Source: Chlamydiota bacterium
GTDB lineage: Bacteria; Chlamydiota; Chlamydiia; Chlamydiales; RGXB01
Assembly (NCBI GenBank): GCA_947494155.1
Contig: CANLTW010000004.1
Span: 1-64,000 of the forward strand
Direction: 5' to 3'
DNA length: 64,000 nt
The notes under the pieces are model-generated. The model did not search any database and was not told the origin of the DNA. It saw only the letters and a list, made by a program, of their open reading frames with translations. Shown one piece after another: positions 1-8,459 of this stretch. Position 1 is the first letter of the stretch. Every line of letters begins with the position of its first letter. The position numbers and the translations under genes are program-made.

Positions 1-138
1 CGTTCGGTTTTTTTTTAAGTTTATCCCAATCAGGGAGTTAAAATTAATATATAAATTTATTTTTAAATACGCTATAATAGCAATAGATTTGAGCACTATA
101 GACTTAGGGGAAAGTGCGGTCTTTATTTAGGGGGGAAT

Positions 139-789
139 ATGATTCAAGCTTTTAAACCTGTTTTAGCCACATCACCAATGAAAACGCTACCTCAAGTTAG
201 CAGGTCAGTTATGGGTGCGCGACAGATAACTTACGCACCGCAAAACTCAAAATTGAATAAAATGGTAACAGTAGCAAAAGAGGGAATGAAGGCTTTCACC
301 TCCACTCGAGCAGAACTTCTCCCCCTTATTCAAGCGTCGCGCGCAGGCGAGGTTCTCTATATGCATCCAAAGGTTCAAGCTCTTATCGATCAAAAATTGG
401 GGCAAGACGACAGGCTTTCTTTAAAATTTTTAATGGAAAATTTTGTGGCCGGCCTCCATGGCTCCAATGGCTATGAAACCATCAAAAATCAGCTTAGAGA
501 AGGAAAGCTTGAGCTTAAAAAGGACTTTTTCTGGACAAAAGATGTAACTGAGTGCACGACCTATGCGCAAGGGGAAGACCCCATTATCGTTGTTGTAGAG
601 TTACCTGGAGAAAAAGAGAACCACTACAACAAAGTTTGCTCGCTCCATGCTAAGCAATACATTGCTGAGGGGTTCAACGCAAATATTTTGGGGATATTCA
701 AGAAAAGCGATAAGATTATTTCAAAAGAGTGGGCTACAACCCAGGCTTTGATCCATGCATCAAAGGTCATTTTACGAGCACTAAGGTAA
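139..789 (+). CDS. Hypothetical protein, candidate ADP-ribosyltransferase-fold (HYE-like) effector
   Basis: 216 aa ORF with RBS ggggga. Motifs LHGS...FFWTKD...YAQG..PIIVVVE resemble the ART core strands. Paralogous to the next ORF. Confidence 0.45.
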   Translation: MIQAFKPVLATSPMKTLPQVSRSVMGARQITYAPQNSKLNKMVTVAKEGMKAFTSTRAELLPLIQASRAGEVLYMHPKVQALIDQKLGQDDRLSLKFLMENFVAGLHGSNGYETIKNQLREGKLELKKDFFWTKDVTECTTYAQGEDPIIVVVELPGEKENHYNKVCSLHAKQYIAEGFNANILGIFKKSDKIISKEWATTQALIHASKVILRALR

Positions 790-805
790 CCGGATAAAAA
801 AGCTT

Positions 806-1339
806 ATGAGAATCCCGAATTTAAACGCTTTTTGTAATTTTGCAAAAAACATCTTCGACAAAGAGGTCCGTTCTAGCAGTTATTTGGTCGCAAAAAATCA
901 TTTTAACAAACTGCAAAGCGGGTTTACATTCGGCAAAAACCTGTACATCAGTCCAGAAAATACGCATCTTAAAGAATACACTATTTACGAAGTCCAAAAA
1001 ATCACCGGAGCGCTCTTTCATGGAGCAAGGGATGCGCAAACGGTGATCCATTTGGCGGAAAAAAATGGCGCATTTCCGCCGGGAAAAGGGCTTCATGTCG
1101 TGGATGCGACCGATGTGAGTTCTGCACGGATGATTGCAGGACCTCAAGGGGTGATGGTATTAGTGGAAAATACACAGGGCGTCGCTTCGGATGCGTATGG
1201 AAATATGCAAATTCCTCTCCATTTGCCGAAAAAAATTCTGGGTATTTGGGAAAAAGATTCAGATAGAGTATCGATAGATTGGGCTCTATTCTCCTCGGTT
1301 CGTCGCTACATATCTGAGATTAGCTCAAGACATCCCTAG
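806..1339 (+). CDS. Hypothetical protein, paralog of 139..789 (candidate ART fold)
   Basis: LFHGA...GKGLHV...SARMIAGPQGVMVLVE. C-terminal KKILGIWEKDSDRVSIDWA aligns with ANILGIFKKSDKIISKEWA of the upstream ORF. Confidence 0.45.
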   Translation: MRIPNLNAFCNFAKNIFDKEVRSSSYLVAKNHFNKLQSGFTFGKNLYISPENTHLKEYTIYEVQKITGALFHGARDAQTVIHLAEKNGAFPPGKGLHVVDATDVSSARMIAGPQGVMVLVENTQGVASDAYGNMQIPLHLPKKILGIWEKDSDRVSIDWALFSSVRRYISEISSRHP

Positions 1340-3418
1340 ATCACAGGTCCGTTTCAGGTCGCATCCCAACACAAACCCCTTTTCATGAGGGGGGAAATTT
1401 GGCCCAATCGGTAGAGTGTTGGAAAAAAATCTGCGGTAGACTTCGATGGCCTCCTGATGGTTTTCGACCACATAAAAACAGTTAGAGATCCATTCGGATC
1501 CTTTGATAGTTCCCGACTGCAAATTGATAGTAAACCGATTAGAGATTTTCATTTCCCAATAGTGGGAAGATCCAAATAAAATCACCGGATATGGGGGCAC
1601 CGAGTTCACCTTGCGCCTTACCTCTTCGAGGCTGTATTCGAAATCGGTTCCAATCCCCCCCTCTAAAAAAATGGGGAAGTCTAGATAAAACTCGGCCTGT
1701 CTTTCCACGAGTTTATCAATTCGGTAGGTCATCTTTGCATCAATAAATGTGTTTATCGATTGTTCATTGACATACCCCCCCGTTTTTAGGCTGAAATCGA
1801 CAATATTCGCGCAAGAGAGGATTCCAACAGATTTAGCCGCTCTATTTCCCACCTCCATCACTCCGGGTCCACCGCCGGTGACCAAAGCGATCGAAGTAGA
1901 AGGATTCAGAAGGGGGTGAGAGGATGAGGCACGCATTTCTAGAATCCCTTTAAGCAAAAGCGTCAGCTCTTGTTCAAAGTTGGAACCTTTAAGATTGGAT
2001 CCATACACACCAAAAAAAGTGGCCTTTAAGAATTCCTGAATGCGATCTTTTGGGACAAACATACCAGTATATCTTCCTGGGCGTTCTATGAATTGCAGAC
2101 ATTTTTTTGTCACCAGATCCACCCAGTGAATTTCTATCCCTAGCCGATAAAGATCGATCATAAAGGTCCGATCTTCGTGAGTGAAAAACTGGTCTGATGA
2201 GCGTGAAGCGTATTGAAAATAGAGCCTTTTGACCTGCTTTTTAATCTTATCCGATAAAAAAAGGCGTTTGAGAAAATAGGTGGGAAAATGGCGACAAAAT
2301 AAAACCCCTTCAGATGTGAACTCCTCCCAATCGATCCTATTCAAAAAATAGGTTTCTGGCTGGTTGAGGATATAATTTTGGATCATGATGGAATCGCTTG
2401 GAGACATCTCGACAGTTGGTATGGATTCTATGAAATAGTCTTTGACGATCCATTCCTTGGGTTGCAATTTTTGCATTTGTTTAGAGCTGACAATGAATGT
2501 AGCTGCTTTATTCCCTTTTTGCCCCGGCGCATTTTTGAAGGTCTCAAAAATATTTTGGTCATTAGCGAGGAGGGCCTGCAGTTTATCCCTATCGGAAAAA
2601 AACACAAACTCTTTATAGGGTTCCAAAACATAAAATTCGAGCGGTATTTGCTCTATGGGTTGTGTGCTTTTCCCAAAAAACTCATAAATATCTCCTGAAT
2701 TGCGTGTTGTGGGTTCCAAAATAGAGGCTTCGGTATGGATATACCCTGGGGGGAGAAGCTCGTTTTTTACTCTTGCAAAAACTGTTCTTATGTAAAGAGG
2801 TTCAGTTTTGACTAAAAGCATCTCATTTTCTTGAACAATTTTGGGTTGGGAGGGATCCCTTTTTTGATGCAGCTGCAAAAGATGTCTTAAAGAGATTTTT
2901 TTTTCTAAAGCGATTGCAACGGTAGGAAGCAGACCTTTTATACTCTCTTCATAGACAACTTTTCCCTCAAGTAAAGGGATAAATCCGATCAATTGTCCTT
3001 GAAGCACTTGCAGATCAAACCTCTCTTTAAAAGAGAGGAGCGGATGACCGTGTCGATCGCTTCTTTCGAACATGCGTACTAGATAGTCGGGTTTTAGAAC
3101 AAGCCGATCGGGATCTTTTGCGAAGAGCTTACCAACATAAGCCCCCTTATTGAGTTTAGAAAGAAGCTCTAAACCCAATGGGCAACGAGGAATAAATTCC
3201 ACGTGAGCGCGTATTTTTTTTAGGCCAAAATCGATCTCGGTATGTTCTAAAATCGCATCCAGCCCCAATTGGGCAAGGATGCTTTTAAGATTGAATTGGA
3301 TCAGTTTAGTATCGATTTTAAAACCAAGAAATTGGGCTGAGACATGCTCAAAAAGAACAACTGCTTTAGAGTTATTTTTCGATTCAATATATCCATCGGG
3401 GGTAATCAAATCAAACAT
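1325..3418 (-). CDS. LOG-family (SLOG) nucleotide phosphoribohydrolase domain protein with long N-terminal region, CT387-like
   Basis: C-terminal GVYGS, TGGGPGVME, ERQ and EGGIGTDFE (PGGxGTxxE-like) motifs. About 700 aa and near MYG1/HIT, as recalled for Chlamydia. Confidence 0.8.
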   Translation of the reverse strand: MFDLITPDGYIESKNNSKAVVLFEHVSAQFLGFKIDTKLIQFNLKSILAQLGLDAILEHTEIDFGLKKIRAHVEFIPRCPLGLELLSKLNKGAYVGKLFAKDPDRLVLKPDYLVRMFERSDRHGHPLLSFKERFDLQVLQGQLIGFIPLLEGKVVYEESIKGLLPTVAIALEKKISLRHLLQLHQKRDPSQPKIVQENEMLLVKTEPLYIRTVFARVKNELLPPGYIHTEASILEPTTRNSGDIYEFFGKSTQPIEQIPLEFYVLEPYKEFVFFSDRDKLQALLANDQNIFETFKNAPGQKGNKAATFIVSSKQMQKLQPKEWIVKDYFIESIPTVEMSPSDSIMIQNYILNQPETYFLNRIDWEEFTSEGVLFCRHFPTYFLKRLFLSDKIKKQVKRLYFQYASRSSDQFFTHEDRTFMIDLYRLGIEIHWVDLVTKKCLQFIERPGRYTGMFVPKDRIQEFLKATFFGVYGSNLKGSNFEQELTLLLKGILEMRASSSHPLLNPSTSIALVTGGGPGVMEVGNRAAKSVGILSCANIVDFSLKTGGYVNEQSINTFIDAKMTYRIDKLVERQAEFYLDFPIFLEGGIGTDFEYSLEEVRRKVNSVPPYPVILFGSSHYWEMKISNRFTINLQSGTIKGSEWISNCFYVVENHQEAIEVYRRFFSNTLPIGPNFPPHEKGFVLGCDLKRTCDLGMS

Positions 3419-5309
3419 CGTCGTAGATCTCCTTAAATAGACGAAATCCTCTTAAGTAGATTCGCCCTTTAGTTCCTAGCTGTAATTTCTCTTTAAAAAA
3501 GTGCTTGTAAACCTCTACGGCTTCAGATCCTGAAGAGACTTGTATAAGACAGTTGGAGAGATACTCGCCCGTTCGTAGAGTGCCCGATTCATGGTTTAGA
3601 GTAAACCTCGATGTGATTTTTTGCTCCCAGTAATAGACATCTCCAAAAAGGAGGATTGGGGTGACCTCATAGCTTCCCACCTGCCTCCCTACTACTTCAA
3701 GGGCTAATTCCAAGTCGGTACCATACCCCCCAATAAAAAAAATAGGGAGCTTCACAAGAAATTCGGCTTGACGTTCGATCATCCGTTCAATTCTATAGGT
3801 CATTTTACCGTCAACATGGGGATTCATCGGTTCGAAAGAAAAATTGCAGAGATGGGCCAAGGATAAAATCTTTAGATCAAAGGCCACCTTGTTGGCTATC
3901 CCCATGACCCCTGGACCCCCTCCCGTAGAGACTGCCAAAGGGCGGTGTGGGTTCAAAAGCGGGTGGGAGCAGTCGATCTTCATCGTCTCCAACCCTAGCA
4001 AAATCTCCCTAATATCCCCCTCGATATCTTTAGAAACGCAGCTTGAGCCGTAGATCCCAATAGTTAGAGCGCGGTGGTACTCTTCGATTCGGTTCGGAGG
4101 CAAAAAAATTCCGGTGTAGTCAAGTACCCTTTCACAAAATTGCAGCAATTTTGACAGAGTCTTATCGTACCAAAATACCTCTATTCCGTGGGCGTTGAGA
4201 TCTAGCAAAAAAGAGCGGTCAGCATGAGAAAAATAGCCCGGTGTTTTTTTAGAAGGGTTCATGAAGTAGATCCGTTTAAGCTTTTTGAGGATCGTTCTTT
4301 GAAAAAATAGACCCCGAAGAAAAAACGAGGGGAGGTAGGTAACAAAAAGAACCCCTTCAGAATTGATCTGCTGATTTAAAATAGATTCCAAAATAGCCGT
4401 CTCGGGCTGGTCATGGATAAATTGTTCTAAAAGTTGATGGTGCCGCTCATTGCGAATAACAGGGGGCAACTCAACCTTGGACGAGGGGACAGTTAGCCAA
4501 AATGAGGTAAGGGGCTCTTTGAGCTGCCGATTAGAGGTTAAGAAAAGTGCGGAGCGGTTCTCCTCATTAGGAGTTAAGGAGAATACCTCTTGCACTACTT
4601 CCAAAGATTCTAAAGCTCTGTTTAAGCCGCGCTCAGAGAAGAAGCTGATTTTTTGCTTGTACTCTGACTCCTTGTAAAGGGCGAATTTTACCGAATTATT
4701 ATGATAAAGGAGCGGAACATAAGAGCTTTGTGGTTGTAGACAAAAATCGGAAACAAGAAAAAGGGTTTCGTGTTTAATTGCTTTATATTTGACTACCGTT
4801 CCAGCAGGGTCCGGAATCAAAATTTTTTCTATTTGGGTCTCTGAAAAATCGGTCAAGGGGGTATTGATGGGGGGGATACGGTAGGCATCTAGTGTAGAGT
4901 TCAGCTCAAGAATTAATCCATCGTCTTGTTGCACCAAAGAGTTGCTATTAAAATCGACCAACCTTTCCTTTTGAAGCTCCTCAATAAATCTTTTCGATTG
5001 GACTCTAAATCTATCATCTTTTATAAAAAGCCTTGCAACCTTTCTTCCGACTCCAAGAGGGAATGTCGATTTGATCTCGAGAATGATCTCGTTTTTATGC
5101 ACATTTTTTTCTAGACTTAAAAGTTGAAAGCAAGCCCCCAAGAGGCGACAGTTGATATTAGGGTCTAGTAAGAAATTTTCTATGGGGTTGTGAAAACCTA
5201 GAAACGTTTTGGGTAGTTCTTTAAAAAGGACACGATAGACCTCTTTTTCGGTGCCAATCACCTCACCCAAAGGGGAAAGAAAGTGGGGGATGAAATCGTG
5301 GTGTTTCAT
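3411..5309 (-). CDS. Second LOG-family protein, tandem paralog of 1325..3418
   Basis: GIYGS, TGGGPGVMG, KMTYRIERMIERQAEF, IGGYGTDLE. Start placed at ATG 5309 (RBS aagggg) because the ATG at 5327 lies within a TATGCT -10 box. Confidence 0.8.
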   Translation of the reverse strand: MKHHDFIPHFLSPLGEVIGTEKEVYRVLFKELPKTFLGFHNPIENFLLDPNINCRLLGACFQLLSLEKNVHKNEIILEIKSTFPLGVGRKVARLFIKDDRFRVQSKRFIEELQKERLVDFNSNSLVQQDDGLILELNSTLDAYRIPPINTPLTDFSETQIEKILIPDPAGTVVKYKAIKHETLFLVSDFCLQPQSSYVPLLYHNNSVKFALYKESEYKQKISFFSERGLNRALESLEVVQEVFSLTPNEENRSALFLTSNRQLKEPLTSFWLTVPSSKVELPPVIRNERHHQLLEQFIHDQPETAILESILNQQINSEGVLFVTYLPSFFLRGLFFQRTILKKLKRIYFMNPSKKTPGYFSHADRSFLLDLNAHGIEVFWYDKTLSKLLQFCERVLDYTGIFLPPNRIEEYHRALTIGIYGSSCVSKDIEGDIREILLGLETMKIDCSHPLLNPHRPLAVSTGGGPGVMGIANKVAFDLKILSLAHLCNFSFEPMNPHVDGKMTYRIERMIERQAEFLVKLPIFFIGGYGTDLELALEVVGRQVGSYEVTPILLFGDVYYWEQKITSRFTLNHESGTLRTGEYLSNCLIQVSSGSEAVEVYKHFFKEKLQLGTKGRIYLRGFRLFKEIYDDV

Positions 5310-5439
5310 AACCCCTTCCCTTAGCATATTTCCTATTAATCAGAAAACCTCTTCTTTTGGGGGTAAAAGCCTCACTCGAAGGATAGATATGGGACCCGTC
5401 TCTTGATTTTTCATCGATTTATCTCTAAACTAAAGGGGT

Positions 5440-6567
5440 ATGCGTATTTTAGTAGTCAAATTGACCTCAATCGGCGATATCATCCAAACCTACCGAGCCT
5501 TTAATCAGATCCGGCAAAGCTATCCTGAAGCGAAAATCTCTTGGGCAGTGGAGGAGAGGTACAAAACTTGCGTTTCACACCTCAAAGGGTTGGATGAGGT
5601 GATTTTTCTCCCTTTCAAGGAGATCAAAAAAGGGGTTTGGAGCCCTATCGTAAAAGCGCTTAAAGCGCTGCGCAATCGCACATTTGACATTGTTTTTGAC
5701 TTTCAAGGAAATTGTAAATCTGCAGTTGTTTTAGCTCTTGTAAAGGGGGATCTTAAAGTAGGCTTTGACCGAAAAGGGGTGGCCGAGTGGCCAAATCTTT
5801 TCGCTACAAACCGTAAAGTTTTTGCCCCAAAAGAGCTCCATTCGGAGGAGAGATACCTCAGGATTGTTGATAGCGTCACAAAAAGCAAAAGAGTCCCATT
5901 TCATCCGATAAAATTTTACCTCTCTAGGGAGGAAAGACAAGAGGTGGACGCCTTTTTGGAAAAGATACCTAAAAACCTCCTCCTTTTATGTCCTTTCAGT
6001 GCATGGGATCAAAAAAGTCTCAGGTTAGAGGATTGGAAACAATGGATACGTCAGCTTAGAAAAGACTGGGCTTTTTCGATCGTTATTCCCTATTTCCACG
6101 AGGAAGAGAAGGCTATAGCTGAGAGGATTTGTGATGAGTTTTCTCATGTACATCTTTGGAAAATCTTATCGATTCCACAGTGGCAATATCTTATGGAACA
6201 TATGAGAATGGTGATAGCAGTCGATTCGGCTTCGTTGCATTTGGCGGGGGTGACTAATATCCCCACGTTTAGTGTGTTCGGACCTACTTTAAAAAGTGTA
6301 TATGGCCCTATGGGTGAAATTCATGGATTTTTTCAAGGGAGCTGCCCTTATAATGAATCGTTTGCAGTCAAATGCAAGAAGATGCGCAAATGCTCTGCCC
6401 CATGCCTCAAAGAGGCGGATCTAGGTGTGGTCTATGAAGCTTTCCATAAACATCTGCAGGGAATTTTAGGAAAAAAAGCCGAAAATTTGCCCTCATCAGA
6501 TATGGCCCATAACGATCTCGCTAACTTCCAATTCTTTGAAAAAAAAGTTGATCCTTTTCTTGTTTAA
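5440..6567 (+). CDS. Glycosyltransferase family 9 (WaaC/WaaF heptosyltransferase-like)
   Basis: N-terminal MRILVVKLTSIGDII, FDIVFDFQG, VDSASLHLA...FGPT and a C-terminal Cys cluster typical of GT9. Confidence 0.85.
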   Translation: MRILVVKLTSIGDIIQTYRAFNQIRQSYPEAKISWAVEERYKTCVSHLKGLDEVIFLPFKEIKKGVWSPIVKALKALRNRTFDIVFDFQGNCKSAVVLALVKGDLKVGFDRKGVAEWPNLFATNRKVFAPKELHSEERYLRIVDSVTKSKRVPFHPIKFYLSREERQEVDAFLEKIPKNLLLLCPFSAWDQKSLRLEDWKQWIRQLRKDWAFSIVIPYFHEEEKAIAERICDEFSHVHLWKILSIPQWQYLMEHMRMVIAVDSASLHLAGVTNIPTFSVFGPTLKSVYGPMGEIHGFFQGSCPYNESFAVKCKKMRKCSAPCLKEADLGVVYEAFHKHLQGILGKKAENLPSSDMAHNDLANFQFFEKKVDPFLV

Positions 6568-6600
6568 TAGGTATAACAAGTTTACAAAAGGAGTCAAGAA

Positions 6601-7065
6601 TTGAAAGCCAAAGAACCTGTCCACTTTAGCGGAGTGGATCAAAATGGGAAACCAATAAACAGTGAAGATTTCAAAGGGCGTTGGATCGCTTTGTATTTTT
6701 ATCCCAAAGATGATACTCCGGGTTGCACAAAACAGGCCTGTAATTTAAGAGAAAATTTTGATGAATTGCAAAAGCATGGAATCGAAATTTTAGGGGTGAG
6801 TCCGGATGATGTGGAAAGTCACAAAAAGTTCGAGCAAAAATACGACCTCCCTTTTCGCTTGATAGCCGATCCTGAGCGGAAAATTTCGAAAATGTTTGGC
6901 GTCTATAAATGGCATTTTGGATTCAATTTTTTTCCCTATAAATGGGTAAAAAGAGTCACCGTATTGATTGATCCAAACGGTATTGAGGTCGGGAGAATCG
7001 AGAAAGTCGAAGTAGGCAACCACTCCAAACAAATTTTGGAATTTCTCAAATCCTATATCTCGTAA
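6601..7065 (+). CDS. bcp: Peroxiredoxin, BCP/PrxQ family
   Basis: LYFYPKDDTPGCTKQAC motif. TTG start with RBS aaaggag. Confidence 0.92.
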   Translation: MKAKEPVHFSGVDQNGKPINSEDFKGRWIALYFYPKDDTPGCTKQACNLRENFDELQKHGIEILGVSPDDVESHKKFEQKYDLPFRLIADPERKISKMFGVYKWHFGFNFFPYKWVKRVTVLIDPNGIEVGRIEKVEVGNHSKQILEFLKSYIS

Positions 7066-7079
7066 AATCCATGCTTAGC

Positions 7080-7109
7080 TTGCTTTTTCAAGGTTATTGG
7101 AAGTATACT
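7080..7109 (+). promoter_or_regulatory. Putative sigma66 promoter for the MYG1-HIT-HEAT operon
   Basis: TTGCTT-N18-TATACT, followed by a ~110 nt leader containing hairpin agatcctaaaa/ttttaggatct (7180..7204). Confidence 0.5.
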
Positions 7110-7223
7110 TGAGCCTTAATTGACACATACATTTTCAAAAATGTTTGTTTGGGAAATCAGAAGAAATAATTCTACAACCAGATCCTAAAATTTTTTTAGG
7201 ATCTTCATTTTGAGGATAGTTGC

Positions 7224-8120
7224 ATGTCCCTTGAGAAAAAAACGGGTGCAGTGGTGCATGACGGTCCGTTCCATGCGGACGAGATCATCGCGTGTGTACA
7301 GCTACTTTATGCCAATTTGATACAAAAAAATGAGATTCATCGCTCAAGAGATCCCCTTGTTATTTCCAAATTTCAATTTGTTGTTGACGTCGGCGCTATT
7401 TACGACGAGAAACATTTTTTATTCGACCATCACCAAAGCTCGTATCAGGGGGAGCTGAGCTCTGCAGGGATGGTGGCGAAATTTCTTTTCCATCAGGGTT
7501 TTTACGATACGCACCTGTATCATCATCTCAAAAAAGAGTTGATTGATCACGTAGATGCCTTCGATAATGGTCGCGTCAGCCGGGAAATTTTGAACACACC
7601 CACTTTTTCTCATGCGATTGAAAATTTTGTTCCTATTAGAGAGGGTGCGGACAAAGAGGAGATGAACAGAGCCTTTTTCCAGGCTTTGGATTTTGCCTAC
7701 GGCCATTTTGATCGCCTTGTGGAGCGCTACAGGTATAGGCAGCGTTGCAAAGAAGTTGTAAAAAAAGTTATGGATTCTTCCGACGAGATCCTTGTTTTTA
7801 ACGAGATGGTTCCCTGGCTTGAGAACTTTTTTGAACTCGGGGGAGAGAAGCACAAGGCAAAATATATTGTGATGCCTGTGCCTAATGGTTGGAAACTAAG
7901 GGTAATTCCAAAAACCTATGCTGAGAGAATGGGCTCAAGGCTTGATCTGCCAAGCTTCTGGGGCGGGTTAAATGAGGGGGAGTTTGAGTCAGTCTGTGGT
8001 ATTAAAGGGGGGAAGTTTTGCCATAAGGGGCTTTTTATTGCAATTTTTGCTTCAAAAGAGGGGGCGATTGAGGGGGCAAAGAAAAGTCTTAAACACCATA
8101 AACAAGAAACTCGAGACTAA
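7224..8120 (+). CDS. MYG1-family (UPF0160) metal-dependent hydrolase/exonuclease
   Basis: HDGPFHADE, VDVG, FDHHQ, LSSAG, DAFDNG and FCHKGLF motifs. Confidence 0.9.
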   Translation: MSLEKKTGAVVHDGPFHADEIIACVQLLYANLIQKNEIHRSRDPLVISKFQFVVDVGAIYDEKHFLFDHHQSSYQGELSSAGMVAKFLFHQGFYDTHLYHHLKKELIDHVDAFDNGRVSREILNTPTFSHAIENFVPIREGADKEEMNRAFFQALDFAYGHFDRLVERYRYRQRCKEVVKKVMDSSDEILVFNEMVPWLENFFELGGEKHKAKYIVMPVPNGWKLRVIPKTYAERMGSRLDLPSFWGGLNEGEFESVCGIKGGKFCHKGLFIAIFASKEGAIEGAKKSLKHHKQETRD

Positions 8121-8123
8121 AAG

Positions 8124-8459
8124 ATGAAAACACTTTTTTCCAAAATTATCGACAAAGAGCTTTCGGCCACTATAATTTACGAAGATGAGATGGTGATTGT
8201 GATAAAAGATATCCATCCTAAGGCTCCGATTCACTGGTTAATTATACCAAAAATACCCATCCCAACATTTCAGGATTTACAAAAAGAGCATTTCGGGTAT
8301 TTGTTAGCTATGACCGAAACGATTCAAAAACTAGCAAAAGAGCACTCCATTGAAAAGGGGTACAGGCTAGTGGTGAATAATGGCCCTGATGCGGGGCAAT
8401 CGGTGTATCATTTACATATACATATGTTGGCTGAACGTGCACATAATCACGATTTTTAG
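8124..8459 (+). CDS. HIT-family nucleotide hydrolase
   Basis: TLFSKII, DIHPKAPIHWLIIPK, NNGPDAGQSVYHLHIH histidine triad. Confidence 0.93.
   Translation: MKTLFSKIIDKELSATIIYEDEMVIVIKDIHPKAPIHWLIIPKIPIPTFQDLQKEHFGYLLAMTETIQKLAKEHSIEKGYRLVVNNGPDAGQSVYHLHIHMLAERAHNHDF

Noticed and set aside
8380..8436. Long overlap of the HEAT ORF with hit
   Set aside because: GTG 8437 gives a signal-peptide start. The upstream ATG is probably not used.
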